Assembly (NCBI RefSeq): GCF_009914755.1
Contig: NC_060934.1
DNA from: the human T2T-CHM13v2.0 reference genome, Homo sapiens
Direction: 5' to 3' (one strand)
DNA: 64,000 nucleotides
Shown: positions 47,430 to 62,000 of the stretch, one piece after another
Layout: each line of letters begins with the position of its first letter
Position numbering within the stretch: position 1 is the first letter of the stretch
Program-made: the position numbers and the translations under genes
Notes under the pieces: model-generated
Database searches by the model: none
The model's input: the letters and a program-made list of their open reading frames with translations, nothing else
Told to the model about the DNA's origin: nothing

Positions 47430-48800
47430 CTGCATTCATTCGTTCATCACTCATTCATTCACAAATTTTTTGACTCACTACAATATGCACTTGAAGAAGT
47501 ACATCGGTTTACTACCAAAGAATTTACACAAAGCAACATGTAAGACTATTCACCATTCTTTAACACACTCTACTCCCTTGAACTCTACTGGTTTCCCCCT
47601 GCCTTTCTGGAGGTTCCTCTTCAGACAACTCTGTCAGGTTTTGAGCCATATCAGGAAATACAAGGGTCACTGCTTCAGGGAACTTTCAGTTCAAGGACAA
47701 AAATACAAATTATTATGATATGATGGTTTCAGTAATAAACAAGGACACAGTGCACTGAGGACACTGAAATCTGCCTGGACAAGTTCAGAGGCATCAGGCA
47801 CATGGCAGTGTTTCAGTTAGACCTGAAGGCACATAGGAGATGGGTGTGGAGAAAAGTGGAGAGAAGATATTCCAAGCAAAAGGCCTGCATATACAAAGCC
47901 ATGAAGTCCCGAGGCGAATTATAATAACTCCTTCCTAATCTTATTTCTAAGCATATGCATTTGGGCAGCTCCCTGCAACCCAAAATTGGAACTGTCTCAC
48001 TTTTTCTCTCTTTATAGAAAAAAAGACTAGAAAAATGTATGTTTTTGTAACTATATCTTGTTGGTGGAATGAGTGATTATTTTATCCTTATAATTTTCTA
48101 TTGTAAGTATAAGTTATATTATCTTAAAATCTTAAAATATCAGAAAGGCCAAAAGGAATCTTGAAGTATTTCTGAGACTTAAATTATGAGTTGGAAATAA
48201 CAGGAACGAAGACCAAGCAAGCAGGAAGAGCTACGTTACAGAGAGCCAAATACCATCCATGCTAAAAGAGTTTGGATTCCATTCTATAAATAGGAAGGGA
48301 ACTGAAAAAATTTGGGCAGGCTAGTAATACCTCTACATATACATGGCAGAAACTCAGTGGAGAAAAGGACAGGGGGCAAGACAGGAGCTGGAAGACAAAT
48401 ACAGAATTTACTGCAAAGGTTCAAGTGAGAGGTGACAAATGTCTAAATTCAGATAACAGCAACAAACAAGAAGACGAACAAACAATGATTAGAAGGTAGC
48501 TATGAGGGATCTGCTGCTTACTTGGAGAAGGAAGGATGGGAGAAAGAAAGGAATTTAGAATAATCATCACTTTAAAATAAAGAAGATGTACGAGGGAGAA
48601 TGGGGTTAGGGGAAAAAATGAGGTTTGTTTTATTGCAAAATCTAGGGAAGATGCCTATTGGGAAGCTAGGACATGAGTATGGATCTCAGGAGATAAGTCA
48701 AGAGTTAGAGACACAGACATGAGAGTTGTCATAATCTAGGTGCTAACCGAACTTATGAAAATGGATGTGATTGGGATGAAAAGAATACTTAGGAAGAAAG
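47430..48800. mobile_element. L2 fragments
   Basis: cattcattcgttcatcactcattcattc terminus and purine-rich L2-like body. Confidence 0.5.
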
Positions 48801-49299
48801 GAGAACTGGGGGCAAACTTGAAGAGGTGAAGACACAGGAAAAGAGAAAAGGAAAGTGATGAAGCCAGGCCTCCTTGGAGCAAAGAGGGATGGCATGTGCA
48901 GCCCAAGGGGGTGGATCACCCTAAACAGAGACATGGTGCCTTTCTTCTAAGGCAGAGCAGGAGGTGAGAAAGCAAAGAGAGTTCATTCATGCATGACTGT
49001 TTTTTTCTGAAATAGGAAGAACTCCTAGGAAAAGAGGTACGGCTTAGGGGTTGCAGAAAATTAGGAAGATGCAATGGGATTACAGTGAGAGCCTGCAATG
49101 GTGAGAGCCCACCAGGTATTGGACACCCTAATTTATACAGGCATATTTGTAACACTCATTTCACTTCTAACTATTTGTTAACATGTCTTCCCTGATGGAT
49201 TCTAGGCTCCAAGAAAATAGGGCCTGGGTGTATCTTATTTATAGCTATTGCACCTAGAAATACTTGGCACAAAGTCCATGCTCAAAACTCTTTGCTGTT

Positions 49300-49755
49300 A
49301 GGCTCATGCCTGCAATCTTAGCACTTTGAGGGGCTGAGGTAAGAGGACTGCCTGAGGCAAAGAGTTCAAGACTAGCCTCGACCCTGTCTCTCTCTCTCTC
49401 TCTTTTTTTTTTTTTGGGGGGAGACAGGGTCTTGCTCTGTCGCCTAGGCTGGAATGCAGTGGTGTGATCACATCTCACTGCAGCCTCAACCTCCTGGGCT
49501 CAGGCAATCCTCCCATCTCAGCCTCCCAAGTAACTAGGACTACAGGTATGAGCCATCATGCCCACCTAGAGATCCTGGCTCTACAAGAAAATAAATTAGC
49601 CTGGGCAACATAGCAAAACTTGGTGGAAGTGGGGGCCAGGGGAAGGGGCCATGAGTCCAGGAGTTGGAAGCTGCAGTAAGCTATGATCACACCACTGCAT
49701 TCCAGGCTGGGCAATGGAGTGAGACCCTGCCTCAAAAAGTTAAAAAATTAAAAAT
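49300..49755. mobile_element. Rearranged AluJ cluster (plus-strand arms flanking a minus-strand Alu arm at 49402-49566)
   Basis: Alu motifs read in both orientations. Confidence 0.85.
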
Positions 49756-50419
49756 ATTTTCACTGAACCATATTGAATTGTATGACATTTTTCTCTGACA
49801 TTACTCAGAAGAATGTCTCAGAATTACTTAATGTGCAGAACTTCTCTAAACAGAAAAGTGTTACTATAGACATCCAAGTGACAACTTAAATTTTCAATTA
49901 CTTTAAGTATATAAGCCAACTTATAGATAGATATAAAATGTCTCATGCTCATAGCTCTTAAACATTATGAAACCAAAATTAACTTCCAAGTACAAACATA
50001 GATTCTGAAGTTATATTACTGGGTTATAAGATGGTCAACCAGATAAACTAAATGTTTATTATTAACATGAAAGCATGATTTTTTTTTAAATTTTGTAGAA
50101 ATGCCCAAATCTCTGAGAATACCTCCCATGGTCCCTCAGACTCCAATTTGGAATCACTAAATCTATTCCCTGGTGTGCAGGGCAGGTGCAAGAGGAAAGG
50201 TGGGGGTGGGGGGCAAAGAAGGTGCAGTGCTACCAAAAAGTTAACAAGAGGAAAAAGTCAAAAGACCAGACATCACAACAGGGAGGTGAGAGGAGAGGGG
50301 ACCACGGAAACAAGGAAGTGAAAAGAGCTGGAACCTACGACAGTTAAGAATTTACAATTTCAGAGACAGGCAGTCTTGGGGGAAAAGGCCTGTATTAAAA
50401 ATACAGTACCAGGTCATCG

Positions 50420-50915
50420 TTTTAGCTAGGGTTCTGTCCAAAGCAGAGCCTGGGAACAGAACTGGTGTGCAGGCAGTTTATTGGAAGGTGACCCCAGGAA
50501 AAGAGAGAGACACTTTGAAGACAGTGAACCAAGAAAAAGAGAAAAAGCCAATACAAAGATACTATCTTTACCATACTGAGTACCTGGGGGCTTGATCTTG
50601 TGGAAAACTTTTGAGAAGTACGTAGAAAGTCTGTCCAGTGAAAGTCAACGGGGAAATGGATCAACTCCAGTTGCATAGGTAAAAAGTCGCCTCAAAGGGC
50701 ATTAACTCCACTAACACTTCTAAGAACTACAGTGCACGTGCCCAGGGACAGACAAGAGGGAACAGACAAGAAAGTTGGTTAGAGGAGCCGCAGGGGAAAA
50801 AGCAAAAGAGAGGCACCTGAGGCAGCATGCAGTCAGCCAGGAGTGAGCCACCGACTGTTCCCAGCAGCACCAGCTGGAATCAGAGGCCAAGAGGATGTGA
50901 GAAAGACACACGAGG
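50420..50915. mobile_element. Old ERVL-class LTR fragment
   Basis: ccaaagcagagcctgggaac...gcaggcagtttattggaaggtgaccccaggaa resembles old ERVL LTRs; subfamily uncertain. Confidence 0.45.
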
Positions 50916-51200
50916 TTTCCAGTACAGTGACCAATGGCCACTAAAGTTGAGAGACAAGAAAACTGCTAGACCAGAGTTCAGGGAAGGCCTGGGAGCCACA
51001 GTCCCCGCCCACTAGCAGCGCTGCCAGCTGGCTGGGCCTGGGCGGCAGAGAAGGTAAGTTCACAGGCTGGGCCAAAGCCCTTGTTCGGGTGCGGCGTGGG
51101 CCTTGGTCTGTAAAGGGGCGTCTACGCGGCAGCAGCCGTGATCATGGGGGCCCTGGGCTAGGCAACAGCACTAGTTGTCGCGCGTCACCAAACACTGTGA

Positions 51201-51350
<150 letters not shown>

Positions 51351-51509
51351 TAGTATAGCTAGCTGTTGGGTGGTTTTCCATGGACACTTCCACAGGCAGA
51401 AGCCCTAGACTAAGCTTCTTAGACAGACAAAGTGATTAGCCCGAATGTGCCCTTTGAGGTCATTAAACAATGCCTTACTGCTCGCTAGATTCATCCTGCC
51501 AGTGGCTGA

Positions 51510-51719
<210 letters not shown>

Positions 51720-52035
51720 TGAGGAGAAATGTGTGTAACTAGTAAGATGAGCAAACCTCCTATTCCTTGAATTTAAAAACTGCTTTTCCTAAGACCTCCA
51801 GCATGTATGAATTCTTTGAAAGTTATATTACTTTTATTTCTACTGATTTTATTCTGGATACTGAGGATGTGCCAAACGAGTCAGATACTAAGATTAATCT
51901 TTTGAAATCATCTAGTGTGTTTTATCCAGTCACCTGCAAAACCATCAGAGATGTCTTAACTTTTAAAACACGTTAGAGCAAAATTAAATGAACAATTGGT
52001 AGTAATCTAACTTTTTGTTCATTAAGTGGTTGATA

Positions 52036-52436
<401 letters not shown>

Positions 52437-53468
52437 CTAGCATTGTGGAGCATGGTGATACTACATAAAATTCCAGAAAAAAAAGCAACTGGATTCACAG
52501 ATTTGTTGTAAGATACAAATTCACTGCTGCCTTTACACTAATAAATATATAAGCTAACCATATATGCTGTATTTATTTTGTTGTTAAACATACTTTCAAT
52601 TTACTCAGAATTTTCAATTTGCTATAAAAATGTATCAATTAACATACAGAAAAATATTACTTTAAGATGACTCTTCTTTTGAAAATACGTATGTATTGAG
52701 GGTTATAATTTTTGTCAGAAATTGACATTATAAGTTCTTGGATAAGCACCAAAGTTGAATGAATTTTCAACAAAATATAATTGAAATCTATGTTTTCAGA
52801 TGTTACTCGGGTTAAGAAATGTGTTTTAGGATCTACTTGCCAGTTTCTCTTTTTGATCCAAATATATGATCTGCCCTGATAAATAACAAGTTATTATACC
52901 CCTCCTCCCAAAAATAAAAGAGAAAACCTATGGAATTATGTAAAGTAAGCATACTTTGTCATTAGTAAATAGATCAGGCATGCCTGCGGAATGTTCCCTT
53001 GGCATAAATAGCAATCAATCATGATTCGTAAACAAGGTGTGCCAATAAAAAGAATTCACAGGATAGGTTAACAAAGACCAAAAAAGTGAGTTTTCTGAAG
53101 GAGTTCTTTGTTCCTGATCAAAGAAATTGATACCTGCTAGCATTCACTGCCACCTTATCTTAAGGGGAAAGAATTCTACTGGTTTCATCTGAGCAGCCAT
53201 TTAAATACTGGAATCTAAAGTGATTCCTCAGTGGGGCAACAAGGATGGCTGCTGATGTACTGTGACCTGGTAGGAGAAGTGGGGCATATGAGAGAAGGAG
53301 GAAAAACCTGACCATCTTCCACAGCATATTTACTCTTACTTTACTTGGTGCTAAAGCAAATGAAACAAGGCCTTGTATAAGCTGTTATTAATTGCCTTTA
53401 AAAATCTGTCCTGTTTTTCTCCAGGTACTTAAAACACAAGTGCCAATAAGTGGTTTGTATGTATTTCT

Positions 53469-53489
53469 GGGGGGGGGGGGGGGGGGGGG
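53469..53489 (+). repeat. Poly(G) tract, 21 nt
   Basis: Direct reading. Confidence 0.95.
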
Positions 53490-53557
53490 ATTATTTTCCT
53501 TTTCTGCAGGTATTTCAAAAATTCATCAGTCTTTCAAGATGAACCAAGGTTTTTTAA

Positions 53558-53867
<310 letters not shown>

Positions 53868-54155
53868 TACTTCATTCTTTATAAAACTTTCTATAATGCC
53901 TCACTTGAATGTTAATATTATGTGCTTTGTAAAAATGTTGTGAACTCCCAAACTTATAGATTATCACTAGGTTATGAGGCATACATTAGTCTTTATCTGA
54001 ATAAACTGAAATTTCATTAAATAAAAAAAAAAGAAAGAAAGAAAACTGCTAGACCAAGGTGTGAGAAGTATCATCTGCATGAACTCTTGAAGCCCTCGAA
54101 TTATGGCAAGAACTGGGGAGGAAAGAAAGACTAAAGCCAGGTGATTCACATATAG

Positions 54156-54157
<2 letters not shown>

Positions 54158-54202
<45 letters not shown>
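54158..54202. repeat. (TG)n microsatellite, about 22 units
   Basis: Direct reading. Confidence 0.95.
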
Positions 54203-54206
<4 letters not shown>

Positions 54207-54489
54207 TACATACACACAGTATGTTAAAACATATATAATAATCTTCATTTAAAAGGTTTCCTGTTTGGGGCATATGTAGCTCTTATACATCTACTAATGA
54301 TGTACATGGTTGACTTGCCTTATAAATTGTCATCTTCTAGAAGTTTCTCCATGTTTTCTGTATCTAGCGCAATGTCTTTATATTGAATAAATGAAGAAAC
54401 TAACGATAAAAACAACTGGAGATACTCTGAGGTATCAAAAAATAAAACACTGAGCTTCATGACAGCAGATATTTGTGGCATCTACCGTT

Positions 54490-54680
54490 GTACAACATTG
54501 TGTAGTGCAGAGTTACACTGGCAAATTAATCTGTCTCAGTTTCCTCATCTTTAAAATGGGGACAGCAGTATTTACCTTGTAGGGGTTTTGTGAAGTTTAA
54601 ATAAGTTGATACACATAAAACATTTAAAACAATGTCTGGCCAATTGTAAGTACCTGGGTGTTACTTGTTATGATCATTAC
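54490..54680 (+). mobile_element. MIR
   Basis: tctcagtttcctcatctttaaaatgggga core. Confidence 0.75.
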
Positions 54681-55231
54681 CAAATGTTACAGGAAGCGCT
54701 CAATAACAACGTAATTGAATAAAGAAGTAACTATGGTTGAATTTTTTTTTTTTTTCAATTGTAATTATAACCAGAAAACTGACTGGATCCACTTTAGGGA
54801 AGACACAAGATATGAAAGAAAGGATAAAGTCTGAAAGTTAGAAGTAACACAACTACAGAAAATAGATTAATGTGGATTGTTATAGCTGTTCATACACTGA
54901 CATCCTCAATATCAAAACCTTATTATACTCTTTATAGATTCCACATCCAAGTAGAATTCTATTTAATGTGCTTTCTAACAATCAGATTCCTGACAAATGT
55001 GTTCATAAAGTAATAAAAGCAGCAAAACCTTAAATATTTTATACTGACAAAATATTTAAGGTAGTAAATGTTAGACAAAATACAAATGCTCTGAACACTA
55101 ATATCATAAAAACATAGTAGACAAAATACAAATGCTCTGAACACTGATATCACAGAAACCCTTAAAAAAAGATTGAGGGGAGGGAATAACATACCTAATA
55201 CAAACAGAAATAAGGAGGAAGCTTTGAGGTT

Positions 55232-55580
55232 TGCTATGCTTTGAACGTGTCCCCAAGGTTCACGTGTTGGAAACTTAATCCCCAAAGCAACAGTGATGAG
55301 AGGTGGGACTTTTAAGAGGTGATAAGGTCATGAGGGCTCTGCCCACATGAATGGATTAATGCTATTACCACAGGAGTGGAGAATGGGTTCCAGATAAAAG
55401 ACGGAGTTTGGCCTCCTTCTCTTCTCTCACTCTCTTGCCCTTCCACCTTCTACCATGGGATGATGCAACAGAAAGACATTAGATGCCAACCCCTTGATAA
55501 TGGACTTCCCAGCCCCCAGAACCCTGACATAAATTACCCAGTCTGTGGCATTCTGTTATAGCAGCACAAAGACTAAGACA
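55232..55580 (+). mobile_element. MaLR LTR (MST/MLT1A-type)
   Basis: TGCTATG...GACTAAGACA with perfect 5-bp TSD AGGTT. Confidence 0.85.
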
Positions 55581-55904
55581 AGGTTCTTACATCACAAGGA
55601 AGCAAACCCCCCTGAAAGGACTAGAATACCAATTCTGTGTTTTATTAATCAAACCCAACTAGCAATATGATTTCGTTCAGGGACTGCTGCTCACTGTGGA
55701 TTACTGAAAAAAAAAAAAAGACTGACTTCTCAATTGAGAGGGCCAGACTAGGCACAGGCAAGAAGAAGAGTATAATACACTAAGTTTTGATGATTTAAAG
55801 TAATTTGTAACAAAAAGTTATTTCATTTAGAACTTTAAAAAATTAGAATTTTATTTCAGCACCTTCAAATGGATATGATAATAATAATGATAAAATAATA
55901 GCAT

Positions 55905-56070
55905 CTATCTCCTCCAGGTAACTCAATGAGGTGAAGAATAATAGTGTCTTTGTTTTACAGATGAGGAAACAAAACCAGAGAGACTAAACAACTTGCAATG
56001 GTGGAATCAAAAGTTGCACAGGTGGAATTGAAACCTGACCATCTGTATCCAGAAGCTATGACCTGACTTC
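55905..56070 (-). mobile_element. MIR
   Basis: ttttacagatgaggaaac motif. Confidence 0.65.
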
Positions 56071-59000
56071 ATTAAACTGTAATTTTTTCAAAGCCTACTT
56101 AATCACTATTTTAAAACAAAGAACATCCTTCTAGTGTTAGAACTGACTCAGGGCACAGAAATGGAAAGGGCTTATAATGTTCTATGAGTTTATTTCTTGG
56201 GCATTTGAACTTAATAGAGGCCAAGAAAAGTTATTTTAATTGCCATATTTCATAAGTACAGACAAAGGTTTTGTGTCTTGTTCCTATAAAAGCATTTCAC
56301 CTTAAGGTCATTTTTTACCATATGAAATTTTATCTAAGGGGTCATAATTCATTCCCTGAACAATAAACAATCTTAAACACCACCCACAAATAATCTCATT
56401 TTAGTGGTTAACCCAAATATGTGCAATTGTTTCCACTGTCAAAAATAGTGCATAATTGTTTTAATCTTCACTGTAAACTAATCTTTATCCATAAAAGTAT
56501 GGTTTTATATCATGTTCAAACTTTTAAATACACACTCATTATTTATTAATTTTTTTAAACAATTTTACAAATAATTCATTTGGCATTTCCTTTTAAATTT
56601 ACAATCTTTAGAAACTTTATATGGACTATCTTTGTAGAAATTAAACAACTACACTTTAGAAAAAAATTGTAACATATGTAACATATGTAACATGTTATGT
56701 TCATTTCAGAGTTGAAAAATAAGCCACCTAAAAGCCAACTCAAATAAAAAGAATACACAAAAGATTTCACAAAATCTCAAATCTTTTCACCTTAATAGTA
56801 GAAAAGATTCTGATACCTATAGAGGTATATCATAAATGTCTCCTAAAAATTATAATAAACTTGGATTCATCCCAAGTCTGTTCTACCATCATTATTTTCT
56901 GTATCTGCTTTTAAAAGGGGAAGAAATAGGCCAATAACAGATTTTAGTATTTAAAAATCAATATATTCCAGAAGAAGAACACAGAGCCAAATTGAAAGAC
57001 ATGAGGTTCCTCCCACTTATCCCACATAGAGAGTAATAAAAACGAGAAAAACATGAATGGAAGAAACTGAGAAATCTTTCTGAATTCTGTACCATCTGAG
57101 AGGGTGACATGTGGAGATGAGTTCCTCCCACGGAAAGGGAACCTTTCCCCTTACAGGAAGAACAATTAAAACTCAACACTTTTTTTCCTTCCATCTGGCA
57201 GGAAGAGGTGTGTTGGTCACTACAGAGGTGTTTATGGCCCAAATATTAATAAGCTAGCATTAATGATTAACAAAACTTCGCAGAAAGAATAGAGAAGAAA
57301 AAAAAGGAGACATGAAAGAGAAGAGGCTAAGGGATCCCAAAGATGTAACACCACATTTGAAGTCCTCTTCTCCTCTCCTTGACAAACAGAAAAGTAGTCT
57401 GAATTAGAAAACCATCTAAAATTCACCACTCCCACCCAGAAGAAAAATGGCTTTTTAAAGAGCACTAACCCCTTCTCACACAATGATAATGATAGCCTGG
57501 GCTAAGAAGCTCTAACAACAAAGGTTTGGCTGCTCCAAAGCTATAGGTTCACAAAACAATTTGAAATCTGAGAACAGCTCACAACACGGCGAGATACTTT
57601 AAGAAAATTATACAACAGATTGAAGATAAAATTCATCACTAGTGACTCTACCCGCCTTCTCCAGGAAAATGAAATATGGAAGATTTTTATCACCACCCAA
57701 TCTACAAGTGCAAGGGAAAGATAAATAATGGATATAGTACGCATTGGCAAACAAAATGCCTAAAGATAATACGTTGGGGGTAGGGGGAGGTAAAGCCTGG
57801 AAACTTAACACCTAGGAAAGACTTCCACAGAACAAAAAGTGAAAGGAAGTCAGTGAAGAATCTTCTTTAAAAATAAGAGAAAATCTAGATCTCATTCTGC
57901 TCTTCAAGAAAGTCAGAAAATCTCAAATAGATCTTGACAGTGATCAAAGAGCAAAACCACAAAAGTCGAGGAAAAGTAAACAGAACTAAGGAAGAAAATT
58001 TAGGCTGGAATCCTCTACAGAACTCATAGACACCAAGAACAGAATCAACATAACAGGAAAATCACACAAAATTCAAATAATTCAAGCCAATGAGAAACGT
58101 TGTCTAATGGTGATCTCATAAACAGACAACTGGTACAGCACCACCACCACCACCAGCCCCTCCCTGTCCTGAAAAAAAAATAGCTTTATGTGAGAAACGG
58201 GAAAAAAATGAAGCATTTAATTCAAATGGGGGTAAAGGGGCACAAAATTAACTCAAGACTTCAGAGGATGAACGTAAAAGCAGAAAAATACACTATAAAC
58301 AAAGCTATTAAGCCATAATATGAAGGGCTGATCCAAAATGAGCAAAAAACCTGCCCGAACTTAATTCTTCCCAGCTCCTCCTTCCACTCAAAAGGTAAGA
58401 CATTATTACCTAGCAATTGATTGTTTTTCAAACCAGCCTAGTATGCTGTTCCTTCTTTCCACTCTCTATGCCTGCGGACTTTTTTGCCTTTCCCTGTGAG
58501 GAGGAAAGAAGTTGGGAACGGTTTTGGTTGAGAAAGTTTACTTTGGGGCAAGTTGTCAAAGATAATTGTGAGTGGAGCCAGCAAAAGAACCAGCATGATC
58601 AACGGTATCAATAAGCACCTGAGAGCAAGACTTATTCCCCGTAATTTCAATTAAGGAGAATTATCTTCTCAAACTGCGTAATTATATCCACTTTTTAAGC
58701 AGATCATTCCAAAATGCTTCCTTGATTAAAACTAATTTTGACCACATCTTTTGTCACATCTTCCTCTCCATCCTGTCTGTGGTGGAGTGCATACAGTATT
58801 TTAAATACATGATAAATGTTTTAAAACCATGATAAACATAGGAAAAAAAGTTTCTCATTTTACACATCAGTAAGCTGTAAACAGTATCTAATTGTTGGAA
58901 AGATAAAATATGATCATTATATGAAAGCTCTTATCAGCAAATATATTTCTAGGTGGTCAGCAGCTCATAATTTACATGATTACCAAATTTGCTTCTTGTT

Positions 59001-62000
59001 CTCCAACTCATTAATCATGGCCTTCTAAAACAAGAACCTCAGTGACTCTTTAATAAATGTTTCTCAATCTTTTTAATCCATGCTTCTTTAATAAGCATAA
59101 ATCTTACTCCCTATTGTACTTTTTTGTAACATTTTTCTAACATAACATTATACTACCAAATGTGCTTTTTCAAACTCCAATTTCCTCCTCCAATAATCAA
59201 ACATGACCCTGTACCACCCCTTTAAAAGAAGCACTGAAATCATAATATGAAGAAAATCATACATAAACCATAAAATATTGTACATGGAGAAGAATAATCT
59301 ATTGCTAATTTCATAGATTACGAAAGCTTAAGTTATTTACATATTCATTCAATAAACATTTATACAGAAAAATGTGACTTCCATACTTCAAATGGTACAT
59401 ACCTAATTTCGTATGTAAATATTTTCCTCATCACTCCACTGAAACTATACTCCCTACACAAAATAGAATGCTGATTTTTCTTCTTCCTTTCTGTCTTTAT
59501 TGCCTCTTCATCTCCTCACCAACCACAATCAACTTAATTAACTACTCCTTCTCTGTGGTTCCAAAACAGCTTTGATAGTGCCCAGCAGAGTGAATGACAA
59601 ATCTTCAGTGATGCTTAATAATATAGTGTTATTTCTATTCAAACTTCTATTGTAACTAATTGTATTCATGTCTGTGTCTCTCATCAGGCTAGTATTGGAG
59701 GGCAAGAACCCAGGCCTTCATTTTATATAGCCTTCACATATCCTTCTGATATATATGATATTATACATAACTCCTAATAGGTAACAAAGTGGCCAGGTAC
59801 TATCTGTGAAATTAGATTGGATTCTTCCCATGCTGTCCTTGAATGTGACAACCATCTGTCATCCAACCTTCGCTCATACCATTCCAAGCTCAGGCCTCAT
59901 CTCCTACACAACGTGTTCCAAAACCACACAAGCCAATGCTGAGATTTTTCTAACATTGTTAGGGAATATTACATGGTACAGTATTTTATGGTACAGTACA
60001 TTGTATAAAACACTCTTTGGTATTTATGTTTTCCTGAACTGAACACAACTTGTTCCAATTAGACAACAGACTCAACATCAAAGAGCATGCCAACTTCTTG
60101 ATTCATGTCCACTGAGTAAAGCATTTTTCAGGTAACTGGTACTCAATGTACTGATAGAATAAAATGTAATGTACAGCCAAGCTACATCCTGATGCAGAGC
60201 TGACAGGGACAGATGTTGCTGGTCAGCGCTGGCAGGTATCCTTAACAGAGTAAGTGGCACAGTGCCTACACTCTCTGGTGATACAAAAAAAAAAAAAGTT
60301 GCTCATGGAGAGAGAACTGCACTCTACTTACATCAGGCAGCAGCTATCCTCCAACTCCTCGAACGAGAGAATGAGAGAAACATGCAGGCTGCTTTATAGG
60401 GTAGATGTGGAAACCAACGCTCTGGAAGTACAGTACTCTGACAAAGGTCACACAGAAATTCAGTGGCAGACCCGGCACTGACACCCAGGTTTCCTGTCTC
60501 CCAATCGAGAAGCCTTTAGTACATCAAACTGCTTCTCTGATCAGGTATCTGAAAATAAATTACCACAAAGAAATGTGACCAATGAAGTCTTTCTGTCTTT
60601 AACTCAAACATGCCAATCACTGGAAAAACCCAGAAATACCTATGTCACTCACAAAAATGCCACTCAAAGGAATTAGAAGTTCAGAGAAGAAACTGGGGAA
60701 GGTAAATGCTTTTCTAGATTCCTCTTCCTCCACCCCCCCTTGACTATTAAAAGTGTTCCCAGGTCCTCCTTCAGCCCGTTTTTCACTCCACACCCTCCTT
60801 TGGTGTTTGCATGCACAGCCTATAGCTTCAACCAGCAATAGACTAAGAATTGTCAAATTGAAATCTCTCAGAGTTTTTTCTTTTTTTAAGCTCTCAATCT
60901 GTGTATTCAACTGCAATTTAGACATCTCCACCTATGTCCCATGGTCACCTTAAAAAAAAAAACTTGGCCTCATAAGGTCATCATTTCCCCTCTGCTCCAG
61001 CCAACCAGCACCCCCAGCTTGTGGTCACCCTCTCACCTCAGTGAACAGCACCTCCTAGCCAGAAACCAGTGTCACACTGGGTTTCTTTTATTTCTCTTAT
61101 CAAGTCTTATCAGTTCTCCCTCCCAAATACAGTAGTTCTTGAACCCCACTCAAATCATCCTCCATATAGGGATCTGCAAAGCTTTCTGACCACTCACCTT
61201 TATCAGCAAAAAAATTCTAGGCATACCTGTACCCAAAATAAATGCAATTTATAAATTCAGATACATGTACTTCTACAGCAATATAGTAAGATTATCAATC
61301 ATAATCAAAATTTTAAATTTTAAAGTGATGAGATCAACAAACATAATAGTAGACCTAAAATTTTCTCCCTATACTTCAGTGAGTCTTTTTATGCATCCCT
61401 GGAGATAGGAACCTGTGCTTTGAAATTATGTACAATGAGATTGGTCCTATAAGAAATACATACATATATGTGCTTGTGTGTATGTGTGTATATACATATG
61501 TATGTGTACTGGAGGCAGCTTTTCTCATGCACACACACGTTTCATGAGGTGATATGCACACGCTTAAGCATATTGCTAAATATAGTTAACTCTACCTTCT
61601 AAAGTCACAAACCAAACGGCAAGTTTAAAGTTAGCTGACCTCTAAAAACTCACAGCCACTTTTAAAACAATAACAAATGTACAAAGTATAGTTTGGATCC
61701 TTTTGTACACAGCTCCTGAAAGAGAGAAACTTTTTTTTTCACCTACCGACAGACATATTGGAAGGCTGCTAATATTCTGACTTTTACGGACTGTACCCCC
61801 TTTAAGCTGGGTACATACCATAATATCTTTTCAGTTTTCCACAGCTATAGATACCTCTAGCATAACACTTCAGGATTCAGAAGACGAATGTACCTTTCTG
61901 TATCTTAACGTCTCTACTCCATACCTCCCACCTCTGAAAAAATAACCAGCCAAACTCTCAGAACCTAAAACCAAGTCAGAGTAAACACTGCTAATACAAT

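Noticed and set aside
54743-55210. T-tract followed by unique sequence as a minus-strand retrocopy
   Set aside because: No TSD and no recognisable parent transcript
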